NCBI GenBank assembly: GCA_951406725.2
Contig: OX597821.1
Span: 77,066,001-77,130,000, forward strand
Direction: 5' to 3'
Source of the DNA: Octopus vulgaris
Lineage: Eukaryota
DNA length: 64,000 nt
The first letter of the stretch is position 1. Every line of letters starts with the position of its first letter. Positions 1-12,918 of this stretch are shown piece after piece. The notes beneath the pieces were generated by a model. It saw only the letters and a program-made list of their open reading frames with translations, did not search any database and was not told where the DNA came from. A program made the position numbers and the translations under genes.

Positions 1-63
<63 letters not shown>

Positions 64-207
64 ATGAAATTAGGCAGCAGTTTATCAATGTGTCACCAAA
101 AAGGAAAGGTTATAAGTGTCATTAAATATCATAGAGGGTGTTAGAAATTGCTAGAAATAAGAACTAAAGTACTCTGATGCTGCAGTCAACGCACATAATT
201 GTATATG

Positions 208-253
208 TGCATACTGACAGCGACCGTAAACGGCCGAAATCGGCCGTCGTGTG
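208..253 (+). ncRNA. degenerate minimal hammerhead-like motif
   Basis: CTGACAGC-GACCG-taaa-CGGCC-GAAA-tcggcc-GTC-gtgtg: stem II hairpin, GAAA and GUC present, but the CUGANGA core is mutated. Confidence 0.35.
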
Positions 254-494
254 ACCTCTATATGTATGTGTGTGTGTATGTGTGTGTGTGTGTGTGTGTG
301 TACATGTGTGTGTGTGTACATGTGTGTGTGTGTATTAATCCCTATTCAAATTCAAACGTGGATGTTCTGTTAGAACAAACTTTACTGCGGTAGATTCCAT
401 GAGTGGAATGCTCATATTGTCTTTCGGTGCAACATGCACTCCTTTTTTATATCGCTAGCTGAGAGACAAACCCTCACCCCCTCCAGTACTGAGA

Positions 495-541
495 CCACCA
501 GGACACATAATTTTGACCTTCCTTGGTCTTATCAATAATGG
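495..541 (-). ncRNA. degenerate minimal hammerhead-like motif
   Basis: minus strand TTGATAA-GACC-aaggaa-GGTC-AAAA-ttatgt-GTC; CGAAA>CAAAA fits CpG decay. Confidence 0.3.
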
Positions 542-705
542 ACGTTCGACCGCTAGGGACAGTAGCAAAGTGGATATTAGTATTACCACCCGGTATTAAT
601 ACAGCCTCTATCGTTAATATATATATATATATATATATACATACATACATACATGCATATATATATACATACATACATACACACATACATACATACATAC
701 ATATA

Positions 706-736
<31 letters not shown>

Positions 737-873
737 GCATGTGTGTGTGTGTGTGTAGCATTTATTTGAATGAGACAAGTTACAAGGTCAATAATACTCC
801 TCATCAAAGCTGACATATATCGAAACACAGAGGGCATATACAGGTCATTATAAGCATGCGAACACATAACATA

Positions 874-935
<62 letters not shown>

Positions 936-1138
936 CATATACATACATACATACATACATACATACATACATACATACATACATACACACATATTAGTGT
1001 AATTCCGTTCCCAAACCAAAGTCGGATAAGTAGTTGCATAAATTCATACAGATAAATTAAGTAGTACAAGCTGATGAGATAACAGCGCACAATATGCCAA
1101 AAGGGAAGTCCTCAAATGAAACTAATAAATAGAAAGTG

Positions 1139-1224
1139 TCTTACGGGCGTTTCCGGGAACGTGCGAAGAAAGGTGTAGGGAGAACCTTTTGAACTTCAGT
1201 AATCCACATTTCCTTCATCAGAGA
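1139..1224 (-). ncRNA. type I hammerhead ribozyme with long stem II
   Basis: minus strand TCT-CTGATGA-AGGAAatgtgga...tcgcacgTTCCCG-GAAAC-gccc-GTA-AGA; intact core, stem I TCT/AGA. Confidence 0.75.
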
Positions 1225-1846
1225 ATATGTACGAATTTGGAGTTTTTAAACAAAATCATAAGATTATTCGTGGGATTATAAAAATATGTTTAAGAATATA
1301 CAGTAATTATGTACAAGTATAAAAATATCATAGATTCTGGGATTCCATGTCGTTTGGTGAATGTTCATAATTGATTTTTTATTACCCACAAGGAGCCAAC
1401 GAAGAAGATTTAATGCAATCTGATTTGGGTGTCAGATGAGCGAATGATTATACAAAAAATGACATTAAAATTTTTTACAAAAATAAGAAAATATAATAAA
1501 ATTGAATGGTAGGACAGACCGGAAGACATTACAGATGGAGTGGGGGGGTTAATTTAGACCCCACGATCCCGCCTCGCCACTGATACCTGAGTTACATCCT
1601 GTGTCGCATTCATGAGGTTCCATCCACACGCAACATCCGTGCTACATTCTTCCATCGATTTTCAAACATTTTCACAGTCAGGTATTTTCTCTCTAGCGCG
1701 AATGTTCATAATGTAAAACTATTAAGAAAACTTTTTAAATATTTTTACTAAATTTATACGTTTAGTTAATCCATGAAATCTGTGCGAATATAAGCAGCTA
1801 GGACGTGTACAACATTTGATGGGATAAGACGATTAAAATGTTTTGA

Positions 1847-2424
1847 TTAAATAATGATTATACTGCGAAAAATTTTAAAGTAGAAAAGTACATATGTCGA
1901 TATGAGATCAAACACTCCGAGAATCTTGTTAAGCAATAATTTTTTATCTGTTCGAAGTATGTTAATGGCCTCCTTGATGCATAATTTGCAAACTTTTGTA
2001 TGAGTATTATAAGGAGTAGATTCACACATAATAGACCATTTTGAAGCGTATTTACTATTACTATTTTTTAATTTATTGATATAAATAGCCAGGGTCGTTG
2101 AATTTTTGAACCCTTATTTATCAATGAGTTTAAATGCGCCCTATACCTGACTTTGAAGTTAACAGTACTCCCTATATATACTCTCCTAGGATCCTTTATT
2201 GTGTTTACTTCGCATTTATATACGGCGTTTCTACGTAGACACTGACCGCTTAAAGGACAAGCGTTTCGAGATCGACAGTTACATCTCTTATCTCCGAGAC
2301 AATCATTTTCTTTACTATACCCAGGTATACTAGCGTTATTGTTAACATTATTTCGCAATTTAAATCTATTATTCGTTGCTATAATCGACCCCAAGTTTGG
2401 CGTCGTAGCATAGGATAACTTCAA
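1847..2424 (-). pseudogene. PLE thumb-linker and GIY-YIG endonuclease remnant (frameshifted)
   Basis: KLSYATTPNLGSII...CNCRSRNACPLSGQC...AVYKC...VYIGSTVNFKVRYRAH and downstream PYN...CKLCIKE...LLNK; the CxCx5C and CxLC motifs fit Hydra-clade PLEs. Confidence 0.85.
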
Positions 2425-2735
2425 AGATGATCAAATTCTCAAAAATTACTAACTATTTAAAAAAAACTACAGGATGTTTTCTGCAACATAAGAAACTCGA
2501 ACCACCTCCATGTTTATCGAACAAAACTGGAAGCTAAACTCTAGATATAAATTAGCACCTAATACTAGATTAAAAGAGATCAATAGGAAACACTTTAGTT
2601 TGACTAAAGAACTGAAATTATTAGATAGGACTAAACCGTTCTCTTCTTAGAGTTCGCATTTTACTTTTAAGGATCATAAGGTAAACTTCATTAGCAAACC
2701 CATTATCCGAATGATTTGTCCAATAAAATCAGTCA
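2425..2735 (+). pseudogene. PLE reverse transcriptase N-terminal fragment, inverted relative to the adjacent endonuclease
   Basis: + strand reads HFTFKDHKVNFISKPIIRMICPIKS (about 2657-2731), matching the TLKDHKxNFxxxPxxRLIxPxKS motif of Hydra-type PLE RT. Confidence 0.7.
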
Positions 2736-2782
2736 CTAGTCACTAGCATTTTTCCCCATAAATATTACCTCAACAAATATCA

Positions 2783-2913
2783 TACCGGATATTTTGTGCG
2801 AATTTGGGACTATATTATATGTTTTAATGTAGTAAAACCATTTTTTCTTGAATATGCACTGCATAAATTGAGGTGCGCCTAATATGCCCGTGCGATTTTA
2901 TGCCACCATATAC

Positions 2914-2917
<4 letters not shown>
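2783..2917. mobile_element. possible Tc2/pogo-like MITE remnant
   Basis: ends TACCGG... and ...GGTGCGCCTAATATGCCCGTGCG...TACGGTA, resembling CCGTA-type TIRs with TA; left TIR poorly matched. Confidence 0.3.
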
Positions 2918-2949
<32 letters not shown>

Positions 2950-2950
<1 letters not shown>

Positions 2951-3082
2951 GTGGGGAACAACAAGTGGGTGTATTAGAAAGGATGGAAAAGGGAAAAGTC
3001 TTTGACGTTACGAGTCTACACTCTTCGACAGAATGGAATGATAGGAAAAAATGGAGAGAGAACGAAAAGACGGAGAGAGATT
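2950..3082 (-). mobile_element. solo PLE pLTR fragment (family A) with hammerhead at 2999-3033
   Basis: minus TTCTGTCGA-AGAGT-gtag-ACTC-GTAAC-GTC-AAAGA; flanked by (TA)n. Confidence 0.6.
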
Positions 3083-3106
3083 ATATATATATATATGTAT
3101 ATATAT

Positions 3107-3267
3107 GCGCAGGAATGACTGTGAAGTAAGTAGCTTGCTTACCAACCGCATGGTTCCGGGTTCAGTCTTTGCGCAAGTGTCTTCTACTATAGCCTTGGGC
3201 CTACCAGAGCCTTGTGAATGGATTTGGTAGACAGAAACTGAAAGAATCCCGTCGTATATATATGTGT

Positions 3268-3313
<46 letters not shown>

Positions 3314-3512
3314 CTGTGTCTGTGATTGTCCGCCCCCCCCCATCCCTTGACAACTGATGTTCACGTTCCCGTAAACTAGCGGTTCGGCAAAATAGACCGA
3401 TAGAATAAGTACTAGGCTTATAGAAAATAAGTCCCGGGGTCGATTTGTTCGACTAAAGGTGGTGCTCTAGTATAACCGCGGTCAAATGGCAGAAACAAAT
3501 GAAGGAATAAAA

Positions 3513-3515
<3 letters not shown>
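3107..3515 (+). mobile_element. tRNA-derived SINE family S1 with internal microsatellite
   Basis: GCGCAGGA..TGTG..GTAAGTAGCTTGCTTACCAACC..GGTTCCGGGTTCAGTC head; near-identical copies at 7880, 30871, 38101. Confidence 0.85.
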
Positions 3516-3580
<65 letters not shown>

Positions 3581-3985
3581 ATATATATATATATATATAT
3601 CTATATATCTATATCTATATCTATCTATCTATCTATCTATATATATATATATATATATTAAAATGATAAAATTGCCTTTACTTATTTTTTAACGAAAGTA
3701 ATATTATATTTCATATTTTGAAATATTTCCATAGAGTTCTTCCAAATACCAGTTCATCAGCGCGTCATTTTTTAAGTCGTGGCAAGATGAGCGTCAAAAT
3801 TTATTGAAAAAGAAATACGAAATATTCAGAGTCAACATACCGGTAGTGGAAAAATATTCCATATCTAGGCATTGAGTTCAGCCACCTGTTCCGGTCTAAT
3901 ATGGAATGGCAAAAATCTCCCAAATTGACAAGCTCCAAGAAAAGAAATACAACCAATCTTTCTAAGAAATAAGTGATGGGAGGCA

Positions 3986-4035
<50 letters not shown>

Positions 4036-4378
4036 TCATTACGTCTCTTCTCGCTCTGTCTACTCATATATTACTTCCTTTTTGATGTATGTATTCCGAA
4101 ATATCAAACTTTGTATCGTTGGACTCAACTAAACTCCCCCCCACATACACACACTTTTTATATATATTTCTTTTAGTCTTATCAAGCTTTGTTTCAACTA
4201 TGATACATTCACTCATCAGAAAGAGAAGGAAAGAAAGAGAGAGAGAGAAAGGGAGAGACATTCTCTCTGTATGCTTACTTTATGTTTACATCCGGCCTAG
4301 AAAAAGATTCACAATACATTATATACATACAGCACATACATCCCCACCCCACACACACATATATTTATACATATACAT

Positions 4379-4411
<33 letters not shown>

Positions 4412-4437
4412 CATACATACATACATACATACATACA

Positions 4438-4525
<88 letters not shown>

Positions 4526-4658
4526 CGTACATGAATGTATATATATATATATAGTCCTGGAAGAATTTTCATGAATCTGAATTTCCGCTAGCTTTATATT
4601 CTTTGTATGATATACGACCCAGCTAGAGATACATAAATACATAAGTCTCTTCATGGAA

Positions 4659-4722
<64 letters not shown>

Positions 4723-4939
4723 AGTATGTATGTATATCTGTCTATCTATCTATCTATCCATGTATCTACCTATCTACTATCTACCTATCAAAAAAAATTC
4801 ATATCCACTAACTTATTACAGAAAATTACACAGCCTTCTACTCTATTGTGTCTTCAACTTTCTTCCTTTCTATTTCATTCTATTTCATCTTCCTCTCCAC
4901 CTCTTCTATAAACAGCGTTACCTTCGTATCTTATGATGC

Positions 4940-5131
4940 CATGATTGACTGCTATATTCACAAGTTTATTTTGTTTTATTCTCTCTCTGTTTATTTCATC
5001 GCGTTCCTTTCTGTTGAAGAACACAGGTTCGAAACGTAAAAGACTTTCTCACCTTCCCGAGCGTCAAACTCATACACCTGCTTGTTGTTTATACACCTGT
5101 CTTCGTCTTTTGTTTTTCTGTAAATTTCAAC

Positions 5132-5132
<1 letters not shown>
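4940..5132 (+). mobile_element. solo PLE pLTR (family A) with hammerhead at 5008-5041
   Basis: TTT-CTGTTGA-AGAAC-acag-GTTC-GAAAC-GTA-AAA; same sequence as the 3' end of the Neptune copy at 33795-33948; ends in (TA)n. Confidence 0.8.
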
Positions 5133-5222
<90 letters not shown>

Positions 5223-5249
5223 GTGTATGTATGTATGTCTATCTGTCTG

Positions 5250-5354
<105 letters not shown>

Positions 5355-5374
5355 TTATATATTCGTTTTGCAAG

Positions 5375-5557
5375 ACTCTTGATGTGAATTCGTGTATTGA
5401 AACAGATATTGTTGTATTTGTAGATGGTCATGATGCCAGTTTAGCAATGAAAACACACGCACTATATATTTGGTGTTCACTTGCTTCAGCTTTATTTCAT
5501 ATTAATTGTATTTTGGCCAGAGTTCTTGTCACACTTCTGTGACCACATCAGTGGTCC
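5375..5557. ncRNA. two convergent degenerate hammerhead-like motifs (pLTR remnants)
   Basis: + TTGATGT-GAATTC..TATT-GAAAC-agatatt-GTT (5378-5421); - CTGATGT-GGTCACA-gaag-TGTGAC-AAGAAC-tctg-GCC (5512-5557). Confidence 0.35.
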
Positions 5558-5703
5558 TTTGCTTTCTTCTGTCTTTTTTGTGTCTCTCCTTCCTAACGAC
5601 CTCCCATTTTGTATTCCTGTTGTATGCGTCGTTATTTGCGCATGCGTATATCTTTGTGTGTGTCTATGCTTAGTAAATGTCTATCTACTCCCCATTTCGT
5701 ATG

Positions 5704-5740
<37 letters not shown>

Positions 5741-5870
5741 ATAGATATATATATTGGTTTCAAATTTTGGCACAAGCCCAGCAATTTTGTGTGGGGGACA
5801 AAGTCGATTATATCGACCCTAGGGCTCAGCTGGTACTTGTTTCATCGACCCCTAAAGGATGATTTGTTTT

Positions 5871-5918
<48 letters not shown>

Positions 5919-5950
5919 TATATAAATACATATACACACACACATATATA

Positions 5951-6190
5951 TACGTGTTCTGATCAATAATTATCTGGACTGTTGCTGTATTAACGACGCT
6001 AAAGAACACAGAGTAAAGCCGCTTGACACAGATTGACCTTGAACTCTGTTGTTCATGTGCCTTGACTTTTAGCGTCCTACCTCACTTCCGCCATTTACAG
6101 CAATGCCTGGAGGTGTGTAGCGTGTGATCGTCGCATTGACCATGACAGAGAAAGTTGAGCAGAGAATCTCCGTCAAATTTGCCAGAAAGC
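5951..6190 (+). mobile_element. mariner-type DNA transposon 5' end (TIR and transposase start)
   Basis: TA-CG..CTGATCAATAA TIR-like start; MTEKVEQRISVKF resembles the mariner N-terminus EQRxxIKF; homologous copy at 52928. Confidence 0.7.
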
Positions 6191-6194
6191 TAGA

Positions 6195-6413
6195 ACTGTG
6201 GCCATGCTGGAGCACCGCTTTTAGTCGAATAAATCGACCCCAGGACTTATACTTTGTAAGCCTAGTACTTATTCTATCGGTCTCTTTTGCCGAATTGCTA
6301 AGTTACGGGGACGTAAACACACCGGCATCGGATGTTAAGCGATGTTGGGGGACAAACACAAACATATACAAACACAAAACATACACACATACATACATAC
6401 ATACATACATACA

Positions 6414-6483
<70 letters not shown>

Positions 6484-6564
6484 TATGACAGGCTTCTTTC
6501 AGTTTCCGCCTTCCAAATCCACTTTGGTCAGCCCGAGGCTATAGTAGAAGACACTTGCCCAAGG
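6195..6564 (-). mobile_element. SINE S1, 5'-truncated
   Basis: reverse complement of the S1 body and tail, with an expanded internal (TACA)n(TA)n. Confidence 0.8.
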
Positions 6565-6898
6565 TAGATAATGCTGAAACAACTTTATTATGAAGGACAT
6601 TTTAGTACCGGTTTTAGGCTTTGCGACTTTTTTATGAAAAACAATTAAATTGTAGAAAAATTAAATGAAATGTTTTTTAAAAAATATTTCCATAGTTTTC
6701 AAATAATAAGGAGAAACAGAAAAAAAGAATATGTCTCTTGAATTCGAAAACTATGGAAATATTAAAAAAAAAAAATATTTCATTTAATTTTTCCACAGTT
6801 TGTTTTTCGTGCTTTACTCTAAGTTGAAAAAGTCGCAAAGGCTGGAACCGGTACCTAAATGTCTGTCATGATAAAATCATTTTAGTATTTTCTACCTT
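6561..6898. mobile_element. fold-back MITE-like element (imperfect inverted arms of about 150 bp)
   Basis: AAGGTAGATAATGCTGAAA...GTACCGG..CTTTGCGACTTTTT...TTTCCATAGTTTTC mirrored by GAAAACTATGGAAA...AAAAAGTCGCAAAG..CCGGTAC...TTTTAGTATTTTCTACCTT. Confidence 0.7.
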
Positions 6899-6946
6899 AT
6901 CTTACTTTCCTTATACATTTCAACCCGTGTGTTACTTTTTAACCTT

Positions 6947-7009
<63 letters not shown>

Positions 7010-7017
<8 letters not shown>

Positions 7018-7872
7018 TTGCTATGGATAAATTGTCGCCATTTTATAAGTTCAATTTCACGCATGTACATTGTTTGTTTTTGATTTTGTCGACTACATGA
7101 TATAGTAGGGTCAGTTGCGCACCGTCGGTATGAAAAGCTCCAACATATTGCAATTCCTTCGCCCAAAATTTGGAAACGACATGCTCTACTGGTTGGCATT
7201 TGTGCCGGAAGCTTCAGTACGAATATTTCAGAGTGTTTGGATGTCAATCTGAGGACATGAACCGAGAGTGATAGAAATCAGACATCCAGTCAACATCATG
7301 GTGTCTGGAGTGATCACTAATGATGGCTTCTCATACCTCCATTCATCTTCCCACAAGGCTTCAGACACAACATGGTTGCCTACATCAAAGTACCTAGAGG
7401 AGGTAGTGCTGCCCTGGGCCAAAAGAGTGGCTGCTGGAAGACCCTATGTTTGGCAACAGGACTCTGCACCATGCCACACAAGCAGGAGAACCCAGTCATG
7501 GTTGACAGACAATTTCTGCGACCACACCACCCCTAACATCTGGCCACCGCCCTAACTCCCCACACTGCAACCCCCTTCATTATCATGTGTGGGGCGCAGT
7601 TGATCGAGAGACCTACAAAACTCCTTGTAACGCCAAAGATGAGAAGGATTATGGCAGCATTCACCAACTCAAACAAGGAGACTGTCCAGAAGAGTTGCAG
7701 GAGATTCCGAAGTTGTCTGGAGGCCGTGGTTAAAGCCAATGGCTATTTTATTGAATAAATTTACTCTTTAGTATTTCAAAATATTTTAATGTAATTTTGG
7801 TAAATATTTCTGTTAAAATGTTATTTTTATTTTGGCCTTAACTCAGACGACAGTTTGTTCACCGCACCCCAT
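7010..7872 (+). mobile_element. internally deleted Tc1/mariner element (maT/DD37D-like) with transposase remnant
   Basis: HPVNIMVSGVI...VLPW...YVWQQDSAPCHTS...WPP/NSPHCNPLHYHVWG...LEAVVKANGYFIE*; imperfect TIRs ...ATAAATTGTCGCC / GACGACAGTTTGTTCACCGCACCC. Confidence 0.8.
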
Positions 7873-7879
7873 ATATATA

Positions 7880-8289
7880 TACTCTTTACTCTTTTACTCT
7901 TTTACTTGTTTCAGTCAATTGACTGCGGCCATGCTGGAGCACCGCCTTTAGTCGAGCAAATCGACTCCGGGACTTATTCTTTGTAAACCCAGTACTTATT
8001 CTATCGATCTCTTTTGCCGAACCGGTAAGTGACGGGGACGTAAACACACCAGCATCGGTTGTCAAGCAATGCTAGGGGGACAAACACAAACACATACACA
8101 CACACATATATATATATATAAATATATACGACAGGCTTCTTTCAGTTTCCGTCTACCAAATCCACTCACAAGGCATTGGTCGGCCCGGGGCTATAGCAGA
8201 AGACACTTGCCCAAGATGCCACGCAGTGGGACTGAACCCGGAACCATGTGGTTGGTTAGCAAGCTACTTACCACACAGCCACTCCTGCG

Positions 8290-8291
<2 letters not shown>
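7880..8291 (-). mobile_element. SINE S1, full length
   Basis: complete tRNA-like head to (GTAAAAGA)n tail, both ends in (TA)n. Confidence 0.9.
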
Positions 8292-8381
<90 letters not shown>

Positions 8382-8418
8382 GAGATAGATACATACATAC
8401 ATACATACATACATACAT

Positions 8419-8449
<31 letters not shown>

Positions 8450-8869
8450 CATATGCAGTCATATAAACACACATACATACATACATATATGCCAGCGTAG
8501 GCACATGGAAGAAAAAGAGGTGATAGCTGCTTAGGCTGTCCACACATGGCCCACATGTCGAGCGTCACAATAAACATAACATTGTCAGTTGAATAGCTGC
8601 CGCTCACTTCAGTTGATCAAGAAAATATATAAATGTCAACCAGGAGAGCAGGCTCGGAACCAGAGTGAGTGGCTGCTTGCTTTGAAAGTTCCAAACATCG
8701 AATACCTAAACTGGTTGCCTACCCCCTCTCAATCCCCTCTCTCCTTCCCTCTCTCTCACCCTCACTCTTCCCGTGTGTGTGGGGGGGGGGCGCTCGTGTG
8801 TGCGTGTTTGAGCATCTGCTTATACGCATGTATCTGTATTTATACATGTATGTGCGTGTATATGTATGT

Positions 8870-8874
8870 CTACA

Positions 8875-8920
<46 letters not shown>

Positions 8921-9355
8921 ATAGGAAAGAGAAAGAGAGATGAAGGTAATATATACATACATATGCGTGTATATATATACATATACCTATATGCGTATAT
9001 ATATATAAAGATGTACACACGCACATGCATTCACACACACATGCATTTGTTAAGTATGTGTGTGCGGTTAAAGATTTATCTATTTGGTGATCTGATGTAT
9101 TTTAACATACACTCACTTGTATACGCATATATGCAGGTTGGCATGTGTGTATACAAGGAGGCATTTATTTACCTGACACATCTATATACACGTATTGTTA
9201 TATATTCGTATATTCGTGTGTATATATATATATACTATACATATATATATATATTTACATACATATATATATGTATATATATACATATATATATATATAT
9301 ATGCATATATACATATACTTGTGTATATCTATATATATGTGTGAATATATGTGTT

Positions 9356-9387
<32 letters not shown>

Positions 9388-9450
9388 TGTATGTATGTAT
9401 GTATGTATGTATGTACGTATGTATGTACACACACATGTATACACACGCAC
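8870..9450. repeat. compound (TA)n/(TATG)n microsatellite field
   Basis: direct inspection. Confidence 0.9.
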
Positions 9451-9821
9451 GAACTTTGTCAATTACATAAAACTGTTCAATGAAATGTGAGTCTAACAGC
9501 AGTGTATTTCTTCTGTATTTTCACAGAAAACTGACATGAACCCCAGTGGTGTAATGTTGACAATAAAAACTCTCTATATTTATAAATAAACCTGTAAACA
9601 CTGCCCGAAGGGGTCGAAATATTTTCACACATTGATTGCCGTGCTGGGGCTTACCGAGAGAAACCATGTTCCCGTGAATTGTTGTTTTTGTAGCTGCTGT
9701 TGTTGTTGTTGTTGTTGTTGTTTCGCCTTAGTTCAGTCATTAGTTTATAGGTTACAATGATAGTATATTTTTCATAAAGATTATCAGGGACCATTGTTAT
9801 AATCAATCCTTTTAACAAAAG

Positions 9822-10006
9822 AACAAGACCCGAAATTTTTTTAGGAGAGGCGGGGGCTATTCGATTACAGAGACCCCCGTGTTTAACTGGTACTTATTTC
9901 CTCGATCCCGAAAGGGTGAGCGGTGAAGTCGACCTCGGCGGCATTTGTACTTAGAGCGTAAAGTCAGACGAAATGTCGATATACATTCTGCCCACGCGCC
10001 GCCTTA
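9822..10006 (-). mobile_element. SINE S2, diverged
   Basis: AACTGGTACTTATT..GATCCCGAAAGG..AAGTCGACCTCGGCGG matches the S2 body. Confidence 0.7.
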
Positions 10007-10270
10007 ATTATTTTTATAATTAATAAAAATCATCAAAGCTGGACTTTAAAAAAACATTTAACTCCTGATAGATTAAAGATCCCGTATCTTGTTTTACATG
10101 CGTTGAGGTTTATTTTTTGTGCATAAGTTCACAGCTATTCTATTTCTTATTTTATTTATTTCTTTTTGTAGAATTCTACATAAAATTATTGTAAAATTAT
10201 TATTTTTAAATCTCACAACGAGAGATATTCAGCAACAGTACTTTGGAGTAAAGATTCTTTGCCAACAAAA

Positions 10271-10586
10271 TATGGATAGCCCTGGTTTAGAACGAATGTT
10301 GCTGTAATTTAGCCCCAGGAGACAGCGTCTCCAGCGGGCTATATGACACGATCTGTGTCCTTATATATTCGAACAAGGGAATCTAGCACCCCCACTCAGC
10401 TCAAAATAATATCTGTGTAATAACCCGGAAATCGCGTTACACTGATATTGTTTTGGGCTGAGTGAGGGTGCTAGATTCCCTTGTTCGAAAATATATACGA
10501 CACAGATCGTGTCGTATAGCCAGCTAGAGACGATGTCTCCTGGGGCTAAATTACAGCAACATTCGTCCTAAACCAGGACTGCCATA
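10271..10586. mobile_element. palindromic MITE (arms of about 150 bp, short spacer), TA at both ends
   Basis: CCTGGTTTAG.ACGAATGTTGCTGTAATTTAGCCCCAGGAGACA...TTCGAACAAGGGAATCTAGCACCC mirrored at high identity on the right. Confidence 0.85.
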
Positions 10587-10944
10587 ACTGAACAATGCGA
10601 TAGGTGTGGTTTACATGAATATTTATTTTTTTAGTGGATACTCAATATATGTGGTAGAGGATATGTTTTTTTTTATTGAAAATGAAACTAAGGATTGTGA
10701 AACTCGTGTCGCGTTCAAGTAGGACAGTTTCATTTTGATCTTTCGCACACAGTTTTTCCTTGATTGATGCAATCTCATCTGTAGTCACAACTCTCTGTAA
10801 AGATGTTATGGTTGCATTTGATTGCTTTGCTTTTACGGATGTATGGAAGATAAGAAATATGGACAAATATATTGTCAAGCTACCTAGATGCGATAACTAC
10901 ACTACCTCTTCTGATAGACGTATGACACAAGCAACCATAACATC

Positions 10945-11109
10945 TTTAAAGAGGACGTGGAACAAGTATAGTGTTATTGGACGCTCAGGAAAGGAAAGAA
11001 AGAAGGAGGATTTAACGTTTCAAGCGGAGCTCTTCGTCAGAAACATAGGAAAAGGAAAGATCCAAGGAAGAGAAGACGGAGGAAAAAATCGCCAACGATA
11101 CACACGCGG

Positions 11110-11112
<3 letters not shown>
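10945..11112 (-). mobile_element. solo PLE pLTR (sister family A2) with hammerhead at 11011-11043
   Basis: minus TTT-CTGACGA-AGAGC-tcc-GCTT-GAAAC-GTT-AAA; homologous to 29003-29215. Confidence 0.7.
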
Positions 11113-11175
<63 letters not shown>

Positions 11176-11406
11176 TGAAACGATTCGATAAAAAATTTCT
11201 TTTCTGCGTAGTGTATAGTGGTAAAGTATATACCAAAAAAAAAAAAAAGGAAAATGTAGAGAAATTTTATGCTGGACAGATATTTATATAGTCGAGCGGG
11301 TTCATTCGTGCTGATTATGAATGAGAAGATAGTGATAACGTCACAATTTCAAGCTGTCATTAGAAGTTCTTATTACACATTAGTAGAAGTAAAGATATAA
11401 TTGCTT

Positions 11407-11480
<74 letters not shown>

Positions 11481-11854
11481 AGAATCGGGACTCTCTTTTC
11501 CATAAGTTTTGGTGCCCTGAGCTATGTTATATATGACTTAGTAGTAGTCACGAAATATTAAGGTTTTCCAAGTTAATATAATGAACAGCTAATACAGTGA
11601 AAATATGCCAAACTTTCGCGAGGTTCAACTTGCATATAATATTCTTCATGTTTGCCATCTAAATTCCAGCAATCGAGCTTTCTTTTTCTTTTAGAAACCA
11701 GTTATTTCCACATGTGGAATGATTAAAAACGACAGATAACGTATATACATACGTACACGCATGCAAGCATGCATGCATACATATATGCATTCTTACATAT
11801 ACGCATATATACAAACATACTTGCGTACATACTTAAAAGCACGCATGCAAGAAA

Positions 11855-12186
11855 AGTAAAGTCGAACGAATCGACTCAGAACCTTTTTTTCAATTTTGTG
11901 CTTAATCTATCGGCCTCTGGCGGAACGGCCAAGTTACGGGGACATAAACACACAAGCACCGGTTATCAAGCAGTGGTGGGCGACAAACACAAGCACAAAC
12001 ACACACACACAAATTTTTACATACGTCGGGCTTCTTTCAGTTTCCGTTCACCAAATCTATTCACAAGGCTTTGGTCGGCCCGAGGCTATAATAGAAGACA
12101 CTTGTCCAAGGTGCCATGTAATGGGACTGAACCCGGAACCATGTGTTTGGGAAGCAAGCTTCTTACCACACATCCATGCCTGCGCC
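11855..12186 (-). mobile_element. SINE S1
   Basis: reverse-complement S1 head and body. Confidence 0.8.
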
Positions 12187-12869
12187 AATGTGTATTCTTA
12201 ACATAATCGTCGGGTAGAACCAGTATGATCCAAAGTGTGACAAAGGTGCAGCTTTGAATTACCTGTACAATCTCTTTCATGAGCTTCAGTACAGTTACCG
12301 TCTTCACAAGTTCACTTACAAGGCTTGGGTTGAAACTAGACCATAAGAATTACATTTGCACAAGATGTTACACAACAGGAACGAACTCGGTACATCGTGT
12401 TTGTGAAGCGAACTCGTACATCGTGTTTGTGAAGCGAACTCCTTAACCATTCAGCTATATTGCACGTATGTATGTATGTATGTATGTATGTATGTATGTA
12501 TGTATGTATGTATGTATGTATGTATGTATGTATGTATGTATTTAGGTAGGTAGGTAGCTAGGTAGGTGGGTAGGTAGGTACCTATCCACATCCATCTATA
12601 TATGCATACATGCGCACACAAACATACATGCACATGAATACGTACAGATATACATGCATACACACATACATATATACACATTCAAACATACATACGTACA
12701 TACATACATACATACACACACATATATGCATACATTCATGAATAGAAGCGTACGTATACTTATATACATTCACACATACATAAATACAAAGATACACATA
12801 TATATCTATCTACCTACATACATACATACATACACACATACACACAAACAAAAATACCCTGTTGATGTT

Positions 12870-12918
12870 GAAATTCCGATGAAGGAACCTTGGATCTAGG
12901 TTAGAAACCGGCTCTTTC
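12870..12918 (+). ncRNA. hammerhead variant (CCGAUGA core) in a short pLTR-like repeat
   Basis: GAAAtt-CCGATGA-aggAACCT-tggatct-AGGTT-a-GAAAC-cg-GCT-cTTTC; related decayed copy near 17205-17255. Confidence 0.5.

Larger units (their letters stand above)
995..2424 (-). mobile_element. Penelope-like retroelement, Hydra-type, 3' portion (GIY-YIG remnant, 3' UTR, HHR-containing pLTR)
   Basis: GIY-YIG ORF remnant at 1847-2424 followed downstream on the same strand by an HHR at 1139-1224; abuts a microsatellite. Confidence 0.75.

Noticed and set aside
9538-9653. Possible small TIR element (AACCCCAG...CTGGGGCTTA)
   Set aside because: Inverted match too short and no convincing TSD
12383-12442. Tandem duplication of about 26 bp
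   Set aside because: Simple slippage duplication inside a decayed S1-like head
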